From positions 1 to 64,000 of IMG/VR virus record IMGVR_UViG_3300020399_000003: a DNA stretch of 64,000 bases; one strand, written 5' to 3'. Source of the stretch: a virus (taxonomy: Duplodnaviria; Caudoviricetes). Both the position numbers and the translations under genes were made by a program. Every line of letters begins with the position of its first letter. Position 1 is the stretch's first letter. Positions 30,201 to 37,312 of this stretch are shown here, piece by piece. A model generated the notes under the pieces. That model saw only the letters and a program-made list of their open reading frames with translations. It ran no database searches and was not told the DNA's origin.

Positions 30201-33200
30201 TCTTCTTCGCTATCCTCAATAGAACCAAATGTTTTACCCCCTTTACCGTCATCTTTAGGAGCATATTTTTTAACAAACTCATCAAATTTAGCTTGGACTA
30301 ATTTTCGAGCCTCATCGCTCATATTGCGTTGAGTTAATTCTTGAAATTTTTCTAGTATCGTACGAGGAGTTTCATCAGGGCGAACTCGAGGAATTAACTG
30401 GTCTACTGGAATAGTTTCAGTTAGACCTTTTATGCGTACATGCACTTTTCCATCTTTTAATAATCCAACAATTTCTTCAATTACATAGCCTTGTGTATCT
30501 TGACTTTCTTGATTTTCATCATTTTTTAGATCAACTATATCACCAGGTCCGTAATCTGGATGATCTTCAATAGGTATGTAGTTAGGATTATTTTTTGGCT
30601 CAGCAAGCATTGTTATTTCTTCTAAAATAGCATCAACCCCACTATCATCAATATCTTTTCCAGCATTTTTATTAATTTGAACATTAACTATATTTTCTTG
30701 CTTACCTTCAAGTTGAGTTGTTACTTTTTCTAATTGAAGTTTTTGATATTCTTTTTCAGCTTTTAATAAACTTGGTTTAGCTGTTTCTTCTAATACCTTT
30801 CCAATTTTATTTATTTTTTCTTGTACTTTTTCCGTAGCTATAATTTTTTGAATATCAGAAGATTTTTCATCAGCTTCAATTGTTTTAAGATCTTCTTCAT
30901 ATCCTTCAACTTCTTTATTTAATGCTTCCCCATATTGTGTATCTTTTACTTTAATCGTATCAGTATCTGACCGTCCTGCAAAAGTTTCTCTTATACTATT
31001 TTCTTTAGTAACAACTTGAGGTAAACGACTTTGTAATGTATCTAATTCTGACCCTGAAGTATTTAAATTTTCTTCTAAATCTGTACTAATAGCATTTATC
31101 ACATCGTCTACAGTACCATTAGTTTGATTAGCTAAATCTTTATGTTTCTCAAATAATTTTTTAATTTTAGGATTTTTTGTTTCTACTTTTAATTCACCAC
31201 TTTTTGCATCAGTAGTAACATTAGGTAATTCAGCTATAGCTGATTCAACTTCTACAACTTCATTAGTTAGTTCTTCTAAACGCGCAAGATCTTTAGGATT
31301 CGTATCCTTTTCAAATTTTTCAATTCTTTTAATTTGTTCTTCTATTGCAGTTTTTTTCTTTTTTAATCCATCTTTTAATTGTTGTTCATTTGATGGACTA
31401 AGAATTTTTTTAGTAACAGCTGTTGTTACATTTGCTGCAACAAATGTAGGTCCTAATGTTAGAGATCCAAGTCCTTCCATTAATGCGCCCTTATATGTTG
31501 CTCTCCAATCAACTGTTTCTTTGGGTAGTTGTCCCTCAATAACTACTTCTGCACCACCTTGAACAGCTTCACCAGCTGCACCACTTACGAAATCAACAGC
31601 TTTACCTCCAATTTTACCTAAAATTTTAATGCTAGTAGGAGTATTCTCTCCTATCTTTTTAGCTATTTTTCGAATCCACTGCACATGTCCTCCAGGAGGA
31701 CCTTTACCAACTACTTTATCTAAATAACCTAAACTTATTTTTTGAGTAATTACTTTTAATGCCATCCAATTTTCAATAGAATTTTGAACTTCTGGCGTGT
31801 AATTTTCTTCCCCATGCTTTTCAATCCATGCTGCTTTAGCACGTTGAGATTCATCTCTAATAAAAGTAGTTAATGTGGCACTTCCTGTAAACAATCCTCC
31901 AGCAACTAAAGCTAAAGAATACGCAGCACTACCTAATCCTTCTTTAGCATAAGCTGCTTTATGATTTTTTAACATTTCCCAAACAGCAGCAAGTTCACCA
32001 TCTTTATCAGCAATTAAATCATAAATTGATTGACTCGCTTGAAATCCAGCATCATTTGTTGGGAAAAGAGCTCTCCATTTATCCGCGTATTCTGTAATCC
32101 TTTCTCTTTGTTCGTTGTTTTCATCAGCTTCTTTTTGTAATTTAGAAAGTACTCCAAATTTTGGATCGTTTTTAAATTGTTCTTGAGCAGTAGTTAAAGT
32201 TTTACTAGTAAGAATAGATCTATACATTTTAACATCTGCAGGTGTAAGATCAGTTTCTTTCTTATTAAGTAGTACTTGAGCCTGTTTTAATTTATTATAA
32301 TTATTAACTTTTCCTTGTAGACTTTGTTCTCCAACAATAGCACCTGCAACATATGCATCAAGACCACCAATACTTCCCATTAAATAGTTCTTAACATCAC
32401 CAATAGACCATTCTTTATAAGCACCATTAGCTTGATTTGCAGCATCTCGTGCAAAACGAGTAGCATAATAAGTTGCTTCTTCTTCAGTTAAATTAGTTAC
32501 GGGTTTACCATTAATAATTGCAACCCATGTACCATCTTCAAGTCCTAAAACATTAGGTCCTTTAGTTTTAACAACTGGAGAATTTATCTCCATATGTGGT
32601 GCTTCAGTTAATGCAAGAACACTAGCTTTTACATGTGGACTAACATCCATATTCATAATAGATAAACGTTGTTCTTCTTTAGGATCACTGCTACTTACTA
32701 AATCATAATAATTAACATTAGATGGGGGCGGTAATGTAGATGGATCTGATTTTGCTCCTACTCCTATAGCTATACTATCTCCTGCTTTTCCTAAACCTTC
32801 TAATGCTTCACCTGGAGCTTTAGATCCACCTTTAACTAATGCATCTTTTGCATCAACCCATTTTTCTTTATCAGATAGTATTTCTCCAGATTTACTTACT
32901 CCTTTTACAAAATTATTTTTTGCATCAACTAATCTATTGCCAAGTTCTTTAGCTATTTCAATATCAGCTAAAACATCTTTTGTTATTACTGTAGCGGTAC
33001 CTTTAACTTTAGCAACTCCTGTATCAATAAGTTCATCTGCTTTATTAAGTATGTCATTACCAAATGCTTCTAATTGATCAAATACTTTAGCAGCATCAGC
33101 AGTAGAAGGAAGATCAGGAAGTTGATCTGTAATTGATTTAACAGCTTTTTCGGCACCTTTTAGTGCTAAATCTGGAGCTTGTGAAACACCACTAATAAAA

Positions 33201-34735
33201 GCATCTTTTGCTTCAACTAATGTATTGCCAAGTTTTGTGGCTTCTTCACTAACTTTTTCTACACCTGCTTCTAATTGATTAAGTACTACTGATTCTTTTT
33301 CAGGATGGGGCTTATGTTCTTTAAGAGGAGTTAATTTCTGTTCAGTCTCTTCAATCGATTCTTCAACAACAGGTTCAACAGCGGATGTTTCTGGAGCAGG
33401 AGTAGCGTATGTATCTTCAGCTCCAAATTCATCAATTCCTTCAATTCCCGCACGGATACTTTTAAGCTCCTCTTCTTCATCCTTAACCTCCGGTGGAGGA
33501 GTTAGTGGTCTACCAAGTTTTTCTGGGTGTCTCTTTAAATCTTGTTCATACTGTGCTTTTCTAGCTAATGCATCCTGTTCTTCTCTACTAAGACTAGTAT
33601 CTTCTAATTCATCACCAGGATCAGGTTCAATAGGTGTAGCAGACTCTTGGCTAACGCCCGAGTCTGCTACGCTACCATCTCCAAATTGGTAATCTTCTTC
33701 TTCAAAATCAATAGGTTTCTCAAAAAATAGTTCCTGACCCTCCACTATGGAGTCAGGATCTTTTTTAGTCCAAGGGTTGTATTCTTTTAACTTCTCTAAT
33801 GATATATTATTGCGTTTAGCAATTAATGATAATGTATCACCCTTTTTTACCACATATGTGCCTGTCGGTGGATCAGCTGGGGCATACTGATGTAAATGCT
33901 TTGACAAGTGATCTACTAGACCCTGTGGAGTGGGCTTATTCCTAAACCAGGATTCATTATTTAATGGAACTCTCTTACTAAGAAATGTTGAAGCTTCCTT
34001 AGTCTCTCCATCTCTAGCAAGTTTCAGAATTTCAGGCCCCTTACCTGATCCGAGAGTATGCATTATGTACATATTTGTATTCGTTATAGGAAGATTATTC
34101 TTTTTCAAAATCTTTATATTGTCGTCCATGAACGCTTCATGTGCTTTCCTTGCTTGTTCTGGATCTTTACGTCCGTCTATAGCCTTGGGATTAGCTTTAC
34201 TTGGGTAAGTTAGACCCAAATTAGGATGCTTCTTCATTAAATCCAACCATGTGCCTTCAATAAACTGGAAACTTCCAGTAGCTGATGAAGTTTTATTTTT
34301 AGCGTTGGACCCTTCCGCACCACCTTCTGCTGGCATAACAAGGTTAGTATATGCATTTCTATCCCATTCTTTTTCTCCTGGTGGAATTTCTGTTGGACCC
34401 GTTCCAGTCCGTACAGTATTGAATGTAGAAGCAGGGGGTTTATCAGCTGGGGCATAAGCATTTACATCATGTGCATCTACGATGTCCATGTGGTTTGTAA
34501 GCGTTTCAACACGAGGATCAATACCTAAAGCTTTTTTAACTTTAAGTACAGCTTTAGCTGTATCAACATTTTGCTTTGAATTGTTTTTTGCAAAAGCTAA
34601 TTTAGCTTTAGCCACTGCAACATCGGATGTTTCTGTAGGAGGGGGAGTAGCTACTGCAGCGCCATTCGTAGATTGATCAGGAGTTGTGGAGTTTGTTAAT
34701 TGTTGTATAATCTCTTCATTGGTCGGCTGAGCCAT
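21215..34735 (-). CDS. virion-encapsidated RNA polymerase (N4 vRNAP-like), 4506 aa, with N-terminal lytic transglycosylase-like and LysM domains
   Basis: Motif A MEIDGISNG (~26940-26965), motif B LRSVVKYPFIIHMY (~26490-26535), motif C LMLHDAF (~25340-25362), PQEVYTHELLH; size and position after the replication block. Confidence 0.93.
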   Translation of the reverse strand: MAQPTNEEIIQQLTNSTTPDQSTNGAAVATPPPTETSDVAVAKAKLAFAKNNSKQNVDTAKAVLKVKKALGIDPRVETLTNHMDIVDAHDVNAYAPADKPPASTFNTVRTGTGPTEIPPGEKEWDRNAYTNLVMPAEGGAEGSNAKNKTSSATGSFQFIEGTWLDLMKKHPNLGLTYPSKANPKAIDGRKDPEQARKAHEAFMDDNIKILKKNNLPITNTNMYIMHTLGSGKGPEILKLARDGETKEASTFLSKRVPLNNESWFRNKPTPQGLVDHLSKHLHQYAPADPPTGTYVVKKGDTLSLIAKRNNISLEKLKEYNPWTKKDPDSIVEGQELFFEKPIDFEEEDYQFGDGSVADSGVSQESATPIEPDPGDELEDTSLSREEQDALARKAQYEQDLKRHPEKLGRPLTPPPEVKDEEEELKSIRAGIEGIDEFGAEDTYATPAPETSAVEPVVEESIEETEQKLTPLKEHKPHPEKESVVLNQLEAGVEKVSEEATKLGNTLVEAKDAFISGVSQAPDLALKGAEKAVKSITDQLPDLPSTADAAKVFDQLEAFGNDILNKADELIDTGVAKVKGTATVITKDVLADIEIAKELGNRLVDAKNNFVKGVSKSGEILSDKEKWVDAKDALVKGGSKAPGEALEGLGKAGDSIAIGVGAKSDPSTLPPPSNVNYYDLVSSSDPKEEQRLSIMNMDVSPHVKASVLALTEAPHMEINSPVVKTKGPNVLGLEDGTWVAIINGKPVTNLTEEEATYYATRFARDAANQANGAYKEWSIGDVKNYLMGSIGGLDAYVAGAIVGEQSLQGKVNNYNKLKQAQVLLNKKETDLTPADVKMYRSILTSKTLTTAQEQFKNDPKFGVLSKLQKEADENNEQRERITEYADKWRALFPTNDAGFQASQSIYDLIADKDGELAAVWEMLKNHKAAYAKEGLGSAAYSLALVAGGLFTGSATLTTFIRDESQRAKAAWIEKHGEENYTPEVQNSIENWMALKVITQKISLGYLDKVVGKGPPGGHVQWIRKIAKKIGENTPTSIKILGKIGGKAVDFVSGAAGEAVQGGAEVVIEGQLPKETVDWRATYKGALMEGLGSLTLGPTFVAANVTTAVTKKILSPSNEQQLKDGLKKKKTAIEEQIKRIEKFEKDTNPKDLARLEELTNEVVEVESAIAELPNVTTDAKSGELKVETKNPKIKKLFEKHKDLANQTNGTVDDVINAISTDLEENLNTSGSELDTLQSRLPQVVTKENSIRETFAGRSDTDTIKVKDTQYGEALNKEVEGYEEDLKTIEADEKSSDIQKIIATEKVQEKINKIGKVLEETAKPSLLKAEKEYQKLQLEKVTTQLEGKQENIVNVQINKNAGKDIDDSGVDAILEEITMLAEPKNNPNYIPIEDHPDYGPGDIVDLKNDENQESQDTQGYVIEEIVGLLKDGKVHVRIKGLTETIPVDQLIPRVRPDETPRTILEKFQELTQRNMSDEARKLVQAKFDEFVKKYAPKDDGKGGKTFGSIEDSEEEHDKLSIDETKKKLAQSKADPDAPAEDTLYWQNQVDRKIEKAKRAEKEEQAEKTMADVHEEILEGDTKKWKGLAKYHEEIINSYKNLTDPVLRDRHIRALTSKMITHATNLSSKLAEFKRAKGMIPNLASGMGAVVVGSIDEKSPRGVRKMNYKTVSMPLTEADAKAQAKANGVEYKEGSSFEARKTNGQFVTLISDKTHKFANFTINKSDGLINNLEGEVKYGKLIMGTVQGYKKTSMAQTAANQEIKIKAKQNVYDTLVKLRGAMPRVVEEVTDEQREDIKIDETVDEASTLENQLKEAKTELKTTVDAFNELGEGDENKKILRDKIDELKTTIAGLESRIAESKTDEPAGDDTRTEDKAPEESAKSPDESTPDVRETTKDEEGKPGEQIEFSFAGKNFVESATLIYQTALKAVSKDNLDKALGLVGKKFTDLVNIGKRVKEGGIHTLSDADFESTKALTKALTNLGLDPKSAKVLVARYSKFAKRFRETLYHAIVKGNTVVLVDSSSTENEAKYAGTQFKVLAIKGKEAVIQAPNANDGKALTVPLANLIDTTNYAIRQPLSLLYREDTKNPDNHQGILPNQVIFSMMVGAMTWRQRTADNNVFGDSDYKMETFLYNNTQKLNQNEKTELGKLGYSYNDVARQIGYDISQMLHLSPTKASGELTQEGIDIYYEHLIPALGMAAIETAQGNDSEAYFIKDVHKWAFDEATVPGRAYNNNVKGSKADKDGFGYRQLKVNEKRPPSEEGLAAVKDLTTTLNLDIQSNAGPLQNPRDIRTDVPGTFGEVPQEVQRLMKKLHKVEWSKSQPMDIVSDLFEDHSDVLEQVMGIEELYEKDANGEYVYVLDKDGKRKIDKNGEPIKKGRWHEYDMESKAASNRDKLASLKRLVEANDRNELDKFYFTYSLQNHHRIMQEGKINPQGSKVDRFLLKSWEPKTYNEKNLWKFELAVAQNFGSDIDKQTYGDSKTYFNDLVNNSNVLAAVHAYQKLTKARNLVESTKLKKANKTKHKNALVAKKAAAKEFADALSIVKFGEDTKGGNMSLLQGIAGLAQYMTVSPSKSAKLGFRKTINKSFESDIVMEIDGISNGFAMNVMQFPMWKNMPEMLAKVATYFGNDTEHDTKAPDTYQTLAEYVQEAMGDGTLNLESKSNKIAIDFINKNRWKDDYSEFSLYKENKWNYHVKKKDKGNEKIEKKAAENLLSDYNKLNAALNTIYPDFTQDAGALRSVVKYPFIIHMYGGGIDRISKDVTKDIISELYSQVGVMQQTYNSMRASSAEAEAFFQQYKFTDVGERLEGEAADIAQELRSYAKQMTDFVNALEALGAFRQENRGTKPVVTKAQFIESMKKGESLNKYFNDNYLRANISTTIAPRFDHGLKTMLAPTQEARDTIVQMGGVLHGTFMVHFKRAYDTKLKEVGRSSLTKHELTKLIKDTKGELIKVFPQYKGPISSIDENGNTEGFIDLSKTENVSVLNEKIGVPENIDKMSSKELINFVEENVDDLTENAKTRLIKIINFKKDIPEEIQLDLVSSLQGRDKLADERIEYRTANQGKDGKYDSNTSQTHNTFPQQLRFIEPGVSALIRQIINMDSVLLTQTMNGDSNINVDGKRWVGDLNVLMLHDAFMASPEQLSTISAAYGQLFLHYNRTHSVIEQTYDQVQKVLGITSQMDNDIVEKNNNEWPEGVRSLEAELMDWVKNEFFDNKNKSDDDKIGYQELIEGFAKVKDKVLEARRQLEKLASENGGLNESLQMFMQKPEGQSQDQVLREGMLATAEESVNNRERNPVAKKEIAETFTRTYEEHQTSFDFFTEEDKQELKSLLAEKGKIYGDPKDMGDITRNKVKTLFNDFVELSGNYYNNAEEEASHTDSLSRVLDILSKGFDATAGIQLTYEQIEGITQGTYSEAQERITISASRNAPRIRNGQSPQEVYTHELLHGMTSIAIDQSPLVRQRIERLYSNVETTLELTYGKGQGYKVFLPPGTGPTKLATAAEIVMAKKQYQHAFHAKEEARLHEFMAYANTNASLSNFMKSNSIAQRTGLYGRMLDMIKNIVDIVREVLGQRVYKPENDLQLSEAIAITEQLVAIQNKHKSKAEQIQSKTYKALDASDQIIRNFANKAYKKYARAVVKSTEEGKPSFESADPGLKIATGLIALPYIYFGEDNTITEARNSWMEKMNYSMRGLLKEFGDGVLSEKMIEQLLQSKVHISKQRQLAETFQIDWFNGNKRDGIKSIWKSLDPTKRHAMSVETREALTNVMLRSDISQLITAGLDLNSPAGMKKIIGLIGKDKNSIRARKQLQLDILRRLGVTADSAAIQYADELGYWQMTGLTERLADARSNAYSIALDYLSNPTEERVGLLDAYATISALDHIDTQDAHLIKDLAKNEFKADSQQNGIISIMQAHINFKAKSRKDLFDGDPTQMMKGYVVERMDNLTDIQIGTVEQKEEFDERGYTESVKLSKIATNQTHYVMYINRNKPEVKDVSGIMSTTNTRNQGTTLTEILSLNPAYQVGNTGRPDMPAIRAKLKQFKQHQNKLAKKLGFDDRFKFRPLFDQNNKIVDYRIMMNHEDTKNIIRPDLEFQNVFAHMHSNLVDRKNTILNDKETIHLLVHEQEELYKTHPKQFINMLDPASAYHERYKKMPRPIREYMQEFAVNGEFMVRIDIVDKVFGYKQKDITQAKIFENNKHPLAERVAGLSHYTIKETVGWGKNRVVLAIPKVIFLNMMSNVTQLMMRKIPPSYIFNKLIEGLSEYKKYSKDTIEMNKLQYDIDTKKLPDNSPEAQKVKRLRVRIKGNKIHKMNEAGVDSLIIEDLNAAQLDGYWNRMSRLLFKGKLKNVGDKIPRSVQTVAHTLFWTKESIPYQYSKQVVQMTDFMGRYVMMEHSQNVLGKSFKESLHEALEAFVLFDESLIAPLEMLDALGATSFLSYWLRNQRAVKKLVMSNPSSVAISALLQEMSGIPTLGNVNSAWMGGDFSPNVFQTDDLFDEANNITLFEVLSDLKNF

Positions 34736-34770
34736 GAGGTATCTTTACTTATATAAAAGTTCATAAAAAG

Positions 34771-36747
34771 TTATTGATAAGGATTCTTTGAATTTCCTTT
34801 ATTAATCTTTTTACCCATTATTGCATTTTTTGCATTTTTTACAGAAGTATTTATCTTCGAGTAATCAACATTAACTGTCCCAGTAAGACTACTAAATCTA
34901 TTACTTACAGGTATAGGTTTTAACCTATCAAAATTTGCTCCCAGACTATTAAGAGAGGTTTTTACTGATCTCCACCCACTAGACATCCTACCTAAATCTT
35001 GAGATTGCGCATCAGCAAGTCTTCCTTGAGCAAATTCAGTAAATCTATTAATTCCTTCTGTTACATTAACATCTCCATCTCTATTCGTTTTAATAGATCG
35101 TTGTGAATCTGGGAGTGCTTCTACAAATAAATTTAACAATTCATAATCGGAAGTATCACTCATTTGTCGATATCTATTTAAAGTTGAAAATACAAGATCA
35201 TTTCCGTCAAATGGTAAGCTATCTTCATCAATACCTGCATTTCCAATAATAGCTTTAGAGACAGCTAATCGGAACGCTGCTAATGTTTGTTTACTAGCAC
35301 CAGGAAGAAATCTACCCTTTTCATCCTTAAAAAATCCTTTTATTCGATCTACTACTTGTGCAGTTTCCCTAGATATTTCATTAGCATCTTCATGAGAGAT
35401 ACTATCACCAGATTTAAATTTTAATTTAGTTAACTTATTAGTCAATCTATCGGCTATATAAGTTTTTGTACCATGCTGTGCCATATTAAAGAGAGCTTTA
35501 TGCTGTTGTGCTTTATATTCCTGAGCTGCCTCTCTAAAATCTGAATCTAGATTTGATTGAAATGCAGCATCTTTTTTTCCCTCAGAAATAGCGTAACCTA
35601 GTGCTTGATTATTTTTAATAACTTTAGCAATTTGCGGGTCTAATAATCTATCTGGTAAGTTAGGATATTTTTTACGATATGTTTCTTTTAAGTCTGCTAT
35701 TAACAAAGAAGCCTGCATTGGTGATATTTTTTTTGCTGTTTTATAATCTACACCACCATACTCAGCATTTTCAAAAACAGCAGCAGGATCTACCTTAGAA
35801 CGATCTAATGCTAATTCTACATTTTTATTAAATACGTCAGCTTCTGGTCCAGTTATGTTATTTGCTTGTAAGAAATTTAAAGTCTTATTTACTTCAGCAT
35901 CAACTAAATCAGGATCTTGTAAACTAATTGCATTTGCTATAGCTGCACTACGTTCTTTTAATCGAACACTTTGAGTAGTTTCGCCTGCTTCAAGTTTAGT
36001 TTGTCGATCAAAATTTTGTCCCCATTCAGATTTACTTAATAAATCTTTAGCTCTTTTATCAAATACTGATTTATCACGTATACCGGGCCATTGTGCTTCT
36101 AACCTATCTGAGATAGTACTAACAGCTCTATCATGTGCTGCTTTACCAAAATTACTTGGATTAGTCATATCCACGCCTACTCCTACAGCAGCTTGGATGG
36201 TATCAGGACTTACAGTAATATCAGCATTACCAAATTCTTGATCATAAATGTCAGTGATTGCTTTATCAGGAGTTCCGGTGGCAAGATTACGTTGATGTAG
36301 TTCTTCTGCTTTTGCTTTGTATTCAGGTGTACCAGGAGTAAATTGTGCAAGTTCCCCAAGTTCTTTTTTTATTGTTATCTTATTTTGGTATCCTTCTAAT
36401 ACATCTTTAGCACCTATATCTGAAATAATATTAGCTGTTCTTAATTTCTCTTCGTTTAATAAACCTAAAGTTCGTGCATCTCCTGCTGTACTAGCTGTCC
36501 CTTTATCTGCTAAAGGGCTAAGATTACCTAATATATTTTGAACTTCATCTTTAGTTTGAGCTTGAGATAGAGCTAAATTAACATCATCATCAGCGCTACT
36601 ACCTATAGTCCCAAGTGCGTCTTTAGCTTCTGCTAATGCAGCATTACGAATGCTAGCAGCATCTGTGTATCCTGCTCGCAGTTTATCTAAGAGAGTATTA
36701 TCTCTCCTACGCATTACTGATGATATATTTCCTTTTAATACTGACAT
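34771..36747 (-). CDS. internal virion/ejection protein (N4 gp51-like position)
   Basis: Helical 658 aa ORF directly upstream of vRNAP; call by synteny. Confidence 0.6.
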   Translation of the reverse strand: MSVLKGNISSVMRRRDNTLLDKLRAGYTDAASIRNAALAEAKDALGTIGSSADDDVNLALSQAQTKDEVQNILGNLSPLADKGTASTAGDARTLGLLNEEKLRTANIISDIGAKDVLEGYQNKITIKKELGELAQFTPGTPEYKAKAEELHQRNLATGTPDKAITDIYDQEFGNADITVSPDTIQAAVGVGVDMTNPSNFGKAAHDRAVSTISDRLEAQWPGIRDKSVFDKRAKDLLSKSEWGQNFDRQTKLEAGETTQSVRLKERSAAIANAISLQDPDLVDAEVNKTLNFLQANNITGPEADVFNKNVELALDRSKVDPAAVFENAEYGGVDYKTAKKISPMQASLLIADLKETYRKKYPNLPDRLLDPQIAKVIKNNQALGYAISEGKKDAAFQSNLDSDFREAAQEYKAQQHKALFNMAQHGTKTYIADRLTNKLTKLKFKSGDSISHEDANEISRETAQVVDRIKGFFKDEKGRFLPGASKQTLAAFRLAVSKAIIGNAGIDEDSLPFDGNDLVFSTLNRYRQMSDTSDYELLNLFVEALPDSQRSIKTNRDGDVNVTEGINRFTEFAQGRLADAQSQDLGRMSSGWRSVKTSLNSLGANFDRLKPIPVSNRFSSLTGTVNVDYSKINTSVKNAKNAIMGKKINKGNSKNPYQ

Positions 36748-36756
36748 GCTAGCCCC

Positions 36757-37266
36757 TTATACAGTAAAGTTAGTTTTCTTATTTTCCATGCCTTGTGCTT
36801 TACGATGTTGATTCTGATCTTCTTCTCTAACTCTATAGTCACCCATACCTAATTTCCATTTTCTATTTACATCCTTTTGATCAAATACCATAGCTTTTTC
36901 TACTTGATCCATATACTGTTGTTGTTGGCCCATTGCTTGATTTTGATTATAAGCACCCCAAAGATTCATTGCTATTTTCGCAGCATCCATAGGATGACCA
37001 CCCATCCAAGAACCCATTTTACTAAGCATACCTGGAACTGGCTGAGGATCTGCTAAAATACCGGAGTTTGATCGCATACCCTGACCAAATTTCTCTTGTA
37101 ATCTCCATATAGGAACTCCACCAAGGGTTGGCGAAGTATCTTCCATAATACCTCCACTCATATCGTGAAGCCCATCTTGCTGCCCAGCTCTCGGTTTCCA
37201 TGACGCTTTCCATCGATCTTCCCAATTATTAAAATTTTGTTGATTTAAAGGTTTACCATAATTCAT
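36757..37266 (-). CDS. internal virion protein (N4 gp52-like position)
   Basis: Gly/Met/Gln-rich; call by synteny. Confidence 0.55.
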   Translation of the reverse strand: MNYGKPLNQQNFNNWEDRWKASWKPRAGQQDGLHDMSGGIMEDTSPTLGGVPIWRLQEKFGQGMRSNSGILADPQPVPGMLSKMGSWMGGHPMDAAKIAMNLWGAYNQNQAMGQQQQYMDQVEKAMVFDQKDVNRKWKLGMGDYRVREEDQNQHRKAQGMENKKTNFTV

Positions 37267-37312
37267 TTGTTATCTCCTGCGTCTATATACAGTTGTCATT
37301 GAAATCATACTA

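Noticed and set aside
25067-34676. Short antisense or alternate-frame ORFs inside vRNAP (e.g. 25067-25321, 26297-26533, 27952-28158, 28996-29277, 33930-34208, 34237-34676)
   Set aside because: Shadow ORFs of a long conserved gene, without RBS or recognisable motifs.
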